From assembly GCA_963831425.1 (NCBI GenBank), contig CAWHQC010000009.1:4184-68183 (forward strand): DNA of 64,000 bases. The letters are read 5' to 3'. Of this stretch, positions 39,059-49,382 are shown piece by piece (positions within the stretch are counted from its first letter, which is position 1; the number at the start of each line of letters is the position of its first letter). The notes below the pieces were generated by a model. It did not search any database, was not told the origin of the DNA, and saw only the letters and a program-made list of their open reading frames with translations. This DNA is from an uncultured Gemmatimonadales bacterium (GTDB lineage: Bacteria; Gemmatimonadota; Gemmatimonadetes; Gemmatimonadales; GWC2-71-9). The position numbers were made by a program, and so were the translations under genes.

Positions 39059-40215
39059 GCGGTTTCCGCCAGCGGCAAACGAATCACGAAAGAAGCTCCC
39101 TTTTCCGAGGGCTCGAGCATCAGGGTGCCGCGATGGGCGTCCTCCACCACGCGGCGCGCGAGCGCCAGGCCGATGCCCCAGCCGCCCGGCTTGGTGGTGA
39201 TCCCCGGCTCGAACAGACTGCGACGGATCTCGCGGGGTACGCCGGGCCCGTCATCGATCACCCGGATTTCGCCCATCCCCTGCTCCGCGCCAACTCGCAG
39301 AATAATCGTCCCGGCGCGGCCCTGCAGGGCGTCGATCGCGTTCTTCACCAGCGCCTCGAGCGTCCACTCGAGCAGCACCGCATCGCCCACGACCATCGGG
39401 CCCATGCCCGGCGCCTCCAGCCGAAGCTCGATGGGATTGGCACGCCGGGGAAGCCGGTGCTCGAAGTAGCCGGCCACCCGGCCACCGAGGGCACCGAGCC
39501 CCACCGGCTCGCGCTTGGCCGGATTGCCGATCCGCTCGAACCGCTGGGCCACGCGGTCGAGCCGGTCGGCATCGGCGGCGAGGTGCTCGGCCAGTCCGGG
39601 CGGCGATCCCGGCCGCGAGCGGACCCGCTCGATCCAGCCCTGCAGGCTCATGAGCGGCGTCCCCATCTGGTGGGCCGCCTCGCGCGCCATGGCGACCCAG
39701 AGCCGGTCGCGCTGCGCCGCCATGGCGCTGCGGTAGGCAAAGACGGCGACGGCGACCATCACCGCAATCGTGAGGCCCTGCAGGATGGCCAGCGCCGTGA
39801 GGTTCCGCTGCGCCGGGAGCGGGCCATAGTGCACCGTGCCGATCATCTCGTCCACGATGGGCGGGTTCCACCGGTCGAGCCGCGCGGCGTACTTCTTCAC
39901 GCGCGGATCGTCGAGCGGCAGGGCAAACGGCAGGTTGGCCGCAGCCGTGACCCGCCCGGTCCGGTCGGTCACCACGAGCGGCAGTCCCAGCGCCCGCACC
40001 TGCGCGCCCAGGCGCAAGAGTGCCTCGGCCTCGGCGCCGGGACGCGGATCGTTCAAGCCGCCGAACACCCCGGAATAGAGCCGGCTGGTGGCGGTTGCGT
40101 CGGCCTTGAAGTGGCGAAGCACCAGCAGTCCGGAGCCGAGGCTCAGACCGGCGAGCAGCCCTACCAGCACTACCGCCAGCGTCGGCGCGAAGCGCTGGAG
40201 CCGCTCCCTACGCAC
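39055..40215 (-). CDS. Sensor histidine kinase (no response regulator nearby)
   Basis: Trimmed to the GTG at 40215 (8-nt overlap with the serS stop). Two TM segments flank a periplasmic region. H-box AREAAHQMGTPLMSLQGW and ATPase N/G boxes (LVKNAIDA, DDGPGV, GGWGIGL). The upstream 309 aa of the ORF are out-of-frame serS. Confidence 0.82.
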   Translation of the reverse strand: MRRERLQRFAPTLAVVLVGLLAGLSLGSGLLVLRHFKADATATSRLYSGVFGGLNDPRPGAEAEALLRLGAQVRALGLPLVVTDRTGRVTAAANLPFALPLDDPRVKKYAARLDRWNPPIVDEMIGTVHYGPLPAQRNLTALAILQGLTIAVMVAVAVFAYRSAMAAQRDRLWVAMAREAAHQMGTPLMSLQGWIERVRSRPGSPPGLAEHLAADADRLDRVAQRFERIGNPAKREPVGLGALGGRVAGYFEHRLPRRANPIELRLEAPGMGPMVVGDAVLLEWTLEALVKNAIDALQGRAGTIILRVGAEQGMGEIRVIDDGPGVPREIRRSLFEPGITTKPGGWGIGLALARRVVEDAHRGTLMLEPSEKGASFVIRLPLAETA

Positions 40216-41491
40216 GCGGGACCAGACGGTCCGCGCCGAGGTACGGGACCAGTGCGTCCGGCACCCGCACCGATCCGTCGGCCGCCTGGTAGTTCTCCAG
40301 GAGGGCGATGATCGTGCGGGGGAACGCCACGCCCGAAGCGTTGAGCGTGTGGACGAATTCTGGCCTGGCACCGGCCGCGGGCCGGTACCGGATGTTGGCG
40401 CGGCGGGCCTGAAAATCGGTGAAGGTGCTCGAGCTCGACGCCTCCAGCCAGCCGCCGATGCCCGCAGCCCATACCTCGAGGTCGAATGTGCGCGCGCTGG
40501 CAAAGCCGAGATCGCCGGCGGCGAGCTCGAGCACGCGATAAGGGAGTCCGAGGCGCCGCAGCACCGTCTCCGCGTGGGCGGTGATGCGCGCGTGCTCCGC
40601 CTCGGCATCTTCCGGGCGGCTGAAGCGCACCAGCTCCACCTTGTCGAACTGGTGCACGCGGATGAGTCCCCGCGTGTCTTTGCCGTGCGCGCCCGCCTCG
40701 CGGCGGAAGCACGGCGTCCACGCGCAGTAGCCGCGCGGCAGGTCGGCGGCGTCGAGGATCTCGTCGCGGTGAATGTTGGTGAGCGGGACTTCGGCCGTGG
40801 GGATGAGGAAGAGATCGTCCGAGGGGACCGCGTAGAGGTCGTCCTCGAACTTGGGGAGCTGGCCGGTGCCCACGAGCGACGCGCGGTTGGCCAGGTACGG
40901 CGGCGCGATCTCCTCGTAGCCGTGCTCGCGGGTGTGCAGGTCGAGCATGAAGGCGCTGAGGGCGCGCACCAGGCGCGCGCCCGGACCGCGCAAAAGCGGA
41001 AACCCCGAACCGGCGAGCTTCGCGCCCGCGGGGAGGTCGAGGATCCCGAGCGCGGCGCCGAGCTCCCAGTGGGGGCGGGGCGCGAAGTCGAACGTCGGCG
41101 GCTCGCCGCAGGTGCGGACGACGCGGTTGGCGGCGGCGTCACCGTCGGGCGTATCCCGCGCCGGGAAGTTCGGCAGTGCCAGCACGAGCTCGTCGAGGCG
41201 GCCCTCGAGCTCGCGGAGCTCGGCGTCGAGCCGCTTCGCGTCCTCGCCCGACGCCTTGAGGCGCGCCATCAGCTCGTCAGTCGGCTCGTCCGCGCGCTTC
41301 CGCCGGGCGACCTCCTGGCTCGCCGCGTTGCGCTCGGCCTTCAGCGCCTCGACGCGCACGAGACGCTCGCGCCGTTCGCGATCGAGTGCCAGGATGTCGT
41401 CCAGCAGCGGCCCCACCGACGGGTCGCACCGCCGGAGCAGCGACGCGCGGCTCCCCTCCGGATCCTGGCGCAGGCGCTTGAGGTCGATCAC
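40208..41491 (-). CDS. serS: Serine--tRNA ligase
   Basis: 427-aa intact ORF with an N-terminal coiled-coil and class II motifs (FRREAG, GLIRVHQFDKVE, TLNASGVAFPRT). Confidence 0.95.
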   Translation of the reverse strand: MIDLKRLRQDPEGSRASLLRRCDPSVGPLLDDILALDRERRERLVRVEALKAERNAASQEVARRKRADEPTDELMARLKASGEDAKRLDAELRELEGRLDELVLALPNFPARDTPDGDAAANRVVRTCGEPPTFDFAPRPHWELGAALGILDLPAGAKLAGSGFPLLRGPGARLVRALSAFMLDLHTREHGYEEIAPPYLANRASLVGTGQLPKFEDDLYAVPSDDLFLIPTAEVPLTNIHRDEILDAADLPRGYCAWTPCFRREAGAHGKDTRGLIRVHQFDKVELVRFSRPEDAEAEHARITAHAETVLRRLGLPYRVLELAAGDLGFASARTFDLEVWAAGIGGWLEASSSSTFTDFQARRANIRYRPAAGARPEFVHTLNASGVAFPRTIIALLENYQAADGSVRVPDALVPYLGADRLVPRA

Positions 41492-41498
41492 GAAGACG

Positions 41499-42059
41499 CT
41501 ACTTGTCCGGCAGGCCGGGATCGAGGTCCTTGAACCCGCAATTGCGATCGGCCAGCACCTGGAACGTGACGGTGCTGTCCTGGAAGCTCAGGATCTGGAG
41601 CTTGCCGTAGAGCGGCACACCGAGGCTGGTGCACACCACGCGGGAGCGCACGAGGTAGCGCTCGCCGAGCTCGATCGGCACGGCGGAATCGCTCACGTAG
41701 CCGTTGCTGGGCGCCCGGGTGAGCTCCTCGAAGCTCTCGTCGCGACGCTGCAGGCCGGGGTTGGCGCTGGTGGTGGAGATGCCCAGCGCGGCCCTTGGCA
41801 CGAGCACTCGCTGGTAGGTGTCGTCCGGAAGCTGCCGGATGTTGTAGGCGAACTCAAAGTCCACCGTCTGGTCGGTGCGAACCGCGTTGAGATTGATGTT
41901 GTACCCGCTCGGCGTCGAGATCGGGGTGCCCTCGAGCGCGCCGATCGTCACGGTATCGACGATATTGGTGACGGTCGCGTCGCCGAGGGCATTGGGGTCG
42001 CTGCACGCGGCGGCGAGCGCCAGCAGCGGGAGCGCGGACACACGGCGAAGTCTTGACAT
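41499..42059 (-). CDS. Hypothetical lipoprotein
   Basis: 186-aa ORF with lipobox LALAAACS. No family recognised. Confidence 0.6.
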   Translation of the reverse strand: MSRLRRVSALPLLALAAACSDPNALGDATVTNIVDTVTIGALEGTPISTPSGYNINLNAVRTDQTVDFEFAYNIRQLPDDTYQRVLVPRAALGISTTSANPGLQRRDESFEELTRAPSNGYVSDSAVPIELGERYLVRSRVVCTSLGVPLYGKLQILSFQDSTVTFQVLADRNCGFKDLDPGLPDK

Positions 42060-42111
42060 GAAGCGGGAAGCTTAAGCCTCGCGTCGAGAGGGGTCAACTG
42101 CCGTTCATTTC

Positions 42112-42140
42112 TTGACTTCGATCAGGACGGACCCTACGTT
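42112..42140 (+). promoter_or_regulatory. Candidate sigma-70-type promoter for the Roadblock operon
   Basis: TTGACT (42112-42117) - 17 nt - TACGTT (42135-42140), 35 nt upstream of the ATG at 42175. The -10 box is weak. Confidence 0.35.
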
Positions 42141-42174
42141 GCGCACGTCTTCCGCTGCCCCGGAGTCCTACCCC

Positions 42175-42528
42175 ATGACCGAGCTGGAACAGGTGGTCCG
42201 CGGCCTCGCCGCCCGCAATGGCGTCGAGGCGGTGCTGCTGCTCAGCGCCGACGGCCTGCCGATCGATCACACGGCACGCGGCGCGTTCGACGCGGAGACG
42301 GTCGCGGCACTCGCGGCCACGCTGGCGCAGCATGCGCACCGATTGGGTCAGGACGCGGCCCGCGGCGAGCTGCTCACGGCGGTGCTCGACTTCGAGGGCG
42401 GGCTGCTGGTGCTGGCCCGGGCCGGTGCGGACGACTGGCTCGCCCTCTTCGCGCGGCCCGACGCCGACGTCGGCCCCCTGCTCTTCGATCTTCGCCAGCA
42501 CCGGTCCGCGCTGGCGTCGCTGCTCTGA
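42175..42528 (+). CDS. Roadblock/LC7 (MglB-like) domain protein
   Basis: Trimmed to MTELEQVVRGLAARNGVEAVLLLSADGLPI. Size and pattern are typical of Roadblock/LC7. Confidence 0.7.
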   Translation: MTELEQVVRGLAARNGVEAVLLLSADGLPIDHTARGAFDAETVAALAATLAQHAHRLGQDAARGELLTAVLDFEGGLLVLARAGADDWLALFARPDADVGPLLFDLRQHRSALASLL

Positions 42529-43556
42529 TGCGCTGGGCCGTTCTCCTGGCCGGCGGCTCGGGCACCCGGTTCTGGCCGCTCAGCACCCCCGAGACGCCCA
42601 AGCAGCTCCTTCCGCTTTCCGGCGCGGGCTCCACGGCAGAGGAATCCATCGAGCGGCTGGCGGGCCTGGTGCCGCGCGAGCGCGTGATCGTCGTGGCGGG
42701 TGCGTCGCTCGCCACCCGGCTCAGGAGCCTGCTCAATCTCCCTGCCGAAAATTTCCTGATCGAGCCGCGACCGGCCTCGACCGGCCCGGCGCTCATCTGG
42801 GCCACGTGGGAAGCGCGCCGCCGAGATCCCGACGCGGAGGTGCTCTCGCTGCACGCCGACTGGGTAGTCGGCGACGCGGCGGCGTTCCGGCGCACGGCCG
42901 ACCACGCGCTGACGGCCGCGCGCACGCACGACCGGCTGGTCACGGTGGGCGTGGTGCCGTCGCGGCCGGAAACCGGCTACGGCTACATCGTCCCCGGCGC
43001 GTCGCTCGACGACGGGGTGCGCACCGTCGCCCGCTTTTCCGAGAAGCCGGATGCCGCCACCGCGCTCGACCTGATGGCGGCGGGGGCGCTCTGGAACAGC
43101 GGGCTCTTCGCCTGGACGGCCGAGCGCCTGCTGGCCGAGGCGTCGCGCCACACGCCCGAAGTGGCGGCCGCGCTCCCGGCGCTCGAGGCGGGCGATGTGG
43201 CCGGTTTCTTTGGCGGGGTCACCCCGATCTCGATCGACGTCGGCCTGCTCGAGCGGAGCGGCGCGGTCGCCGTCGTGAGCGGGGCCTTTGCCTGGGACGA
43301 CGTGGGCACGTGGCAGGCGCTGGCGCGGGTCCGCCCCAAGGACCCGAACGGCAACGTCGTGGTCGGACCGGCGGTGGTCCTGGACTCGCACGACTGCATC
43401 GTCTGGTCGGAGCGCGATCCCATCGTGGTGTCGGGGGTGCAGGACCTCGTGGTGGTGCAGGCCAACGGCCGCATTCTCATCATGCCGACGGAGCGCGCGG
43501 CCGCCATGAAGCAATTGCTCGACGCGTTGCCGCCCGCCGTCCGTGATATCGAGTGA
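42528..43556 (+). CDS. Mannose-1-phosphate guanylyltransferase-like sugar nucleotidyltransferase
   Basis: 342-aa ORF with LAGGSGTRFWPLS near the N-terminus, EKPD and WNSGLF motifs. Confidence 0.82.
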   Translation: MRWAVLLAGGSGTRFWPLSTPETPKQLLPLSGAGSTAEESIERLAGLVPRERVIVVAGASLATRLRSLLNLPAENFLIEPRPASTGPALIWATWEARRRDPDAEVLSLHADWVVGDAAAFRRTADHALTAARTHDRLVTVGVVPSRPETGYGYIVPGASLDDGVRTVARFSEKPDAATALDLMAAGALWNSGLFAWTAERLLAEASRHTPEVAAALPALEAGDVAGFFGGVTPISIDVGLLERSGAVAVVSGAFAWDDVGTWQALARVRPKDPNGNVVVGPAVVLDSHDCIVWSERDPIVVSGVQDLVVVQANGRILIMPTERAAAMKQLLDALPPAVRDIE

Positions 43557-44735
43557 TGCCCGCGCTCTACCTGCTCGAGCCGGAGCGGCCGGGCGCGGCG
43601 TGGGCCCCGTTCGGCGGCGTCCGGCCGATCGCCGAGCTCCGCGCGGGCGCGTGGCGCATCCGCGAGCGGTGGGAAGCCGCGTGCGAGACGGAAGCGGAGG
43701 CCATCCTGGGCGCCCACGCGGACGGGTTTCACGAGGGCGAGGAACCGCCGGTGCGCCCGCCGGGCCCGGTGGACGGGCCGGCCATCGTGGGCGGCGTCCT
43801 GGTTCGCGCCCACCGGCGATCGTCTGGGCGTGAGCGACATCGCGCACTCGCTCCGCCTCACCCACGCGGGGGCGACGGTCGGCTGGATGGTCGCCGCCGG
43901 CGAGCGATGGCCCGGTCCCCACGAGCGGGGCGCGTCGCGCGAAGTCGAGGGGCTGCCGCTCCGCGGGAGCTTCGATCTGATCACGGCGCTCGAGCGCTTC
44001 CTGGGCGAGGACTGCGCCGATTTCCGTTCCGCGCCCAGCACCGGCGTTCCCGTGGGCAGCCTCGTGCTCGGCGACCCGTCGGACGTGGTGGTGATGGGCG
44101 CCGCCGTCGAGCCGGGGGTGGTGTTCGATGTGCGGCAGGGCGCCGTGGTGCTCGAGCCGGGCGTCGAGGTGCGCCACGGGTCGCGACTCGAGGGGCCGCT
44201 CTACATCGGCGCGCGCACCAGGGTACTGGGCGGCTTCCTCCGCGCGTCTGTGGTCGGCGCCGAGTGCCGGGTCCACGGCGAGATCTCGGCGAGCGTCTTC
44301 CTGGGCTACGCGAACAAGAGCCACGACGGCTTCGTGGGCCACAGCGTCGTGGGACACTGGGTCAACCTGGGTGCGCTCACGACGACGTCCAACCTCAAGA
44401 ACACCTACGGCCCCGTGCGCCTCGAGATCGCCGGCCAGCGGATCGAGACCGGGCGGCAGAACCTCGGCACCCTCTTCGGCGACCATGCCAAGACCGCGAT
44501 CGGGACGATGCTCGCCACCGGCACCGTGGTGTCCGCCGGCGCCCACCTGTTCGGGCCGGCGGCGCCGCCCCGGTACGTGCCACCGTTCGCCTGGGGGAGC
44601 GCCGGCGACGAGCGGCTCACGCCCGACGGCTTTCTCCAGATCGCGGAGCGGGTCATGAGCCGGCGCGACGTCCCGCTCACCGCCGAGCGGCGCGCGTCGC
44701 TCGAGCGCACCTTTGCCCGGGGCATCGGACGATGA
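43553..44735 (+). pseudogene. Putative sugar nucleotidyltransferase with a left-handed beta-helix (GlmU-like alternative family); one frameshift
   Basis: The N-terminus (MMPALYLLEPERP...RPIAELRAGAW) is in the frame of 43553. The rest (hexapeptide-repeat region and C-terminus) is in the frame of 43830-44735. The junction is near 43785-43800. Confidence 0.65.
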
Positions 44736-45541
44736 TGCGGCTCTACGTACTGGGCTCGGGCTCGCGGGGCAACTGCTGCGCGGTGGAGGCGGACGGGGTG
44801 GCGCTCCTGCTCGATGCCGGATTCAGCGCCCGCGAGATCGAGCGCCGGGCGGATGCGGCGGGACTCGAGCTGGCGCGGGTGGCGGGGATCGCCCTGACGC
44901 ACGAGCACGGCGACCATGCCTGCGGCGCGCCGCGGCTGGCCCGGCGCCTCGGCGTGCCGGTGCTGACGGCGGTGGGGACCTGGGGACGGCTCGCGGATGC
45001 GATGGGCACGGCGGCGCACCTGCCGATCGGCCTCCGCGTCGCCGTCGAGCTCGGTCCGTTCCGGGTGGAGGCGTGCCCCACCAGTCATGACGCCGCGGAT
45101 CCGGTGGCGATCGTTATCCGCACTTCGGATGGCACCGGCGTCGGCGTGGCGTACGACCTGGGCCGGCCCACCGTCGCGGTGCGCTACCTGCTCCGAAACC
45201 TCACCGCGCTGGTGCTCGAGGCCAATCACGACGAGGTGCAGCTCCGGACCAGCGGCTACCCGCCGGTGGTGCAGCGCCGCATCGCCGGGTCGGGCGGGCA
45301 CCTGTCCAACCGCGCGGCCGCCGACCTCCTGGCCGAGCTGCACCACCCGGGACTCGCGGTCGTGGTGCTGGCACATCTGAGCCAGCGCTGCAACTCCGCG
45401 GACGACGCGCGCGCCGCCGTGGCACCGGCCCTCCGGCGCGCTGGCTTCGGCGGCACGCTCCACGTGGCCCGGCAGGACGTGCCGCTGCCAGTGATCGAGG
45501 TGGTGGGGGTGCGGGAGGGGCAGCTCGGGTTGGCGTTGTAG
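44732..45541 (+). CDS. MBL-fold metallo-hydrolase
   Basis: MMRLYVLGSGSRGN...LLLDAGF...THEHGDH...SGGHLSN. ATGA-type overlap with the upstream stop. Confidence 0.85.
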   Translation: MMRLYVLGSGSRGNCCAVEADGVALLLDAGFSAREIERRADAAGLELARVAGIALTHEHGDHACGAPRLARRLGVPVLTAVGTWGRLADAMGTAAHLPIGLRVAVELGPFRVEACPTSHDAADPVAIVIRTSDGTGVGVAYDLGRPTVAVRYLLRNLTALVLEANHDEVQLRTSGYPPVVQRRIAGSGGHLSNRAAADLLAELHHPGLAVVVLAHLSQRCNSADDARAAVAPALRRAGFGGTLHVARQDVPLPVIEVVGVREGQLGLAL

Positions 45542-45551
45542 GGGGCGGGGG

Positions 45552-45746
45552 GGACGGACGGGGCGGGCGGTCGGTCGGTTTGGACGGGCAGGCGGTTGGG
45601 GTGGCAGTGTAGCAGGATCTGTCATCCCGAGCGCAGCGAGGGATCTTGCCGGGCCGAGTCCGAACTTCCGGCGAGTAGCTCCCTCGCTGCGCTCGGGATG
45701 ACAGATCACCTGCCCGTCCGCCCGCCTGCCCGTCCGCCTGCGCCCC
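45552..45746. repeat. Composite palindromic element: 28-bp perfect inverted repeat flanked by complementary G-rich and C-rich octamer-like tracts
   Basis: Inner arms are GATCTGTCATCCCGAGCGCAGCGAGGGA (45616-45643) and TCCCTCGCTGCGCTCGGGATGACAGATC (45680-45707), with a 36-nt loop. Outer GGACGGGCAGGCGG (45582-45595) pairs with CCGCCTGCCCGTCC (45722-45735). It fills a convergent intergenic gap. Confidence 0.85.
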
Positions 45747-46105
45747 TACCCCGCCTCCGGATCCGGCGGCACCGGCACGGAATCGGGACGCGAAGTCGGC
45801 GGCCCCACCAATTGGAACGTGACCGGCTCGTGCAGATCACCGCCCGAGAGGGTGAGATGCTTCCCTTTCAGCTTGAGCCGGTAGTTGACCCACTCGCCGC
45901 CGAGTGCGAGTGCCAGGCTGTCGCCGACGATGCGCCAGCGGACCGTTTGCGTGCCGTAGCTCGCGCTGCTGTCCGGACGCACGATCACGATCCGAGGGCC
46001 TGTCTTCTTCGGATCCTGCTTCAGGTCGAACTTCCAGGTCCCCAGAATGGCCTGCTGCTGCGCGGCGACGACTCCCGGTGTCGCGAGCAGCCCTGCAGCC
46101 AGCAT
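45746..46105 (-). CDS. Hypothetical secreted protein (lipocalin-like GTWKF motif)
   Basis: Trimmed to MLAAGLLATPGVVAAQQQAILGTWKFDL. Plausible composition. Pro-rich tail. Confidence 0.55.
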   Translation of the reverse strand: MLAAGLLATPGVVAAQQQAILGTWKFDLKQDPKKTGPRIVIVRPDSSASYGTQTVRWRIVGDSLALALGGEWVNYRLKLKGKHLTLSGGDLHEPVTFQLVGPPTSRPDSVPVPPDPEAG

Positions 46106-46197
46106 CCAACCGATCCTCACGATTCCCCCGAATGACGAGTGCCCTGCGGCCGAACGCGGCTTGAGTCTAATCGTGGGGCGCCCGTCGGCCAACCGAC

Positions 46198-46812
46198 TCA
46201 GCGTCCGACGGGGATGCCGAATCCGACTGACAGATGGACGTCGTTCTGGGTCTTCTTCTCCGCTTCGAAGGTGGTCTCGTCGATCCGCGTTCCGTAGATG
46301 TAGTCGTCGGCCGCCACATACAAACTGAGGAGGCTGCCGAGATGGAGGCCCACCGTCGTGCCGATCACGCCGCCGATGTCATCCTTGTCGCTCAGGGCCG
46401 CGTAGGCATCCCCGCCACGCCGGACGTAGCTCACGCCGCCGTTGAGGTTGAGCCAGACCGGGGCGGTGACCGGCAGGACGTAGAACGTGGCCCGCGCGCT
46501 GCCGAAGAGCAGATTGGCGTTGTCCTTGACCTGCTCTCCGGTGGCCAGATCGAGCTTGAGATCGCTCGGCACGTAGGTCACGGAGGTCAGGATGCCGAAC
46601 CGCGGGCTGAAGTTGAGGCCGAGCCGGCCGCCCACGGCCAGGCCAACCTGCTGCTTGAACTGCTGGCCGTTCGCCGCCTTCAGGAGCTCGGTCGTGGGGA
46701 TGTAGACGCCGATGGTCGGGGACAGCGTCAGTTTCTGGGCGGCCGCGGTCGCACCCGGCAGGAGCGCGCTGACGAGCGCAAGCGTGGCGATGCGGATATG
46801 CGCACGGGGCAT
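46198..46812 (-). CDS. Outer-membrane beta-barrel protein (small OmpW/OprF-N-like barrel)
   Basis: Trimmed to [26 protein letters not shown]. Shows an alternating strand pattern and glycine-rich turns. Confidence 0.65.
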   Translation of the reverse strand: MPRAHIRIATLALVSALLPGATAAAQKLTLSPTIGVYIPTTELLKAANGQQFKQQVGLAVGGRLGLNFSPRFGILTSVTYVPSDLKLDLATGEQVKDNANLLFGSARATFYVLPVTAPVWLNLNGGVSYVRRGGDAYAALSDKDDIGGVIGTTVGLHLGSLLSLYVAADDYIYGTRIDETTFEAEKKTQNDVHLSVGFGIPVGR

Positions 46813-46962
46813 AAGCGGACTCCGGTCGAAGAGGAAAGGTGCGAACTGGGCCCGCTCGTCGAGTTCATCGGCCGACCTTTCGAAGGCGGCGCCGGATGAA
46901 ATGCGGATGGAGCGCGTCCAAGTTGCACGTCGGCGATGGGGACCGCAATGGTGCCGGAAATG

Positions 46963-46996
46963 CACGACGCCCCGGGGGTGAGCCCGGGGCGTCGTG
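46963..46996 (-). terminator. groESL terminator hairpin
   Basis: 14-bp perfect stem CACGACGCCCCGGG / CCCGGGGCGTCGTG with a 6-nt loop, 20 nt past the groEL stop. Only a short T run (TTT) follows on the minus strand. Confidence 0.55.
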
Positions 46997-47016
46997 TTCG
47001 CCTTCGTGCTGGGCGA

Positions 47017-48654
<1,638 letters not shown>

Positions 48655-48697
48655 TCATCTCCTTGGTGGGTCGGGCTCGGTTGATGGCCCGCGTGGC

Positions 48698-49012
48698 TCA
48701 GCCGAGCTTGGCGAGGACGTCGGACGCCTTGATGATGACGTACTCGTCGCCGTCGAACGTGTAGGGCGTGCCGCTGTACTTCCCGTAGATCACCTGGTCG
48801 CCGACCTTGAGATCGACCGGCACCCGGGCGCCCTTCTCGAACCGGCCCGGACCGACGGCGATGATCTCGCCCTGGGTGGGCTTCTCCTTGGCGGTGTCCG
48901 GGATGTAGAGGCCGCCGCGCATCGACTCGGTCTCCTCGGCCGGCACGATGACCACACGGTCCTCGAGCGGCTGGATCTTGAGGCCGGGCTTGGCCTTGGT
49001 AGCAGTCGCCAT
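48698..49012 (-). CDS. groES: Co-chaperonin GroES
   Basis: Trimmed to MATATKAKPGLKIQPLEDRVVIVPAEE. GGAGG lies 7 nt upstream of the ATG at 49012. Confidence 0.93.
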   Translation of the reverse strand: MATATKAKPGLKIQPLEDRVVIVPAEETESMRGGLYIPDTAKEKPTQGEIIAVGPGRFEKGARVPVDLKVGDQVIYGKYSGTPYTFDGDEYVIIKASDVLAKLG

Positions 49013-49067
49013 CTCTGTCCTCCACGGCATGTTTTGGGGTGATGTAAGGCTTGTGTCTGACAACGGT

Positions 49068-49094
49068 TTAGCACTCAACATCCCAGAGTGCTAA
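49068..49094 (-). promoter_or_regulatory. CIRCE operator (HrcA binding site)
   Basis: TTAGCACTC-N9-GAGTGCTAA is a perfect match to the CIRCE consensus, positioned between the promoter and groES. Confidence 0.9.
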
Positions 49095-49106
49095 CGTCTG
49101 GTCGCA

Positions 49107-49134
49107 AAGATAAACCGATCGACCCGACTGTCAA
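49107..49134 (-). promoter_or_regulatory. Sigma-70-type groESL promoter
   Basis: Minus strand TTGACA (49134-49129) - 16 nt - TATCTT (49112-49107), 12 nt upstream of CIRCE. Confidence 0.65.
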
Positions 49135-49278
49135 GCGCCCGCTGCTCGGACCGGGCACGCCAAGCAACCGCGGTGCCGCACGAACGGAGCCAATTCGGCA
49201 GCGAGTCGCACGGCCGTCGGCGTGGGCGAGGAAGATGTCGCCGTCGCGGCAATGGCGGCGCGGCCAGAGCGGCAGAAT

Positions 49279-49305
49279 TCGCGGGGATGGTGTCGCGGGG
49301 ATGGT
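49279..49305. repeat. Tandem 13-nt direct repeat in an unassigned intergenic region
   Basis: TCGCGGGGATGGT (49279-49291), then G, then TCGCGGGGATGGT (49293-49305). Confidence 0.7.
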
Positions 49306-49382
49306 ATGGTGAGGGAATGCGGTTACGAGGATCGCGGCACTTCGCGGTCGCGCGAGGACGCCAGCGGCCACACGCGACGCGG

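Noticed and set aside
39055-41142. N-terminal extensions of several ORF-track entries: 39055-41142, 16590-17705, 27679-29580, 11839-14112, 15143-16090 and 31389-33227.
   Set aside because: The upstream parts overlap neighbouring conserved genes (serS, fhs, rimP, the thioesterase and others) in another frame and are compositionally nonsense. Internal starts with signal peptides, RBS or stop/start overlaps give normal-length proteins.
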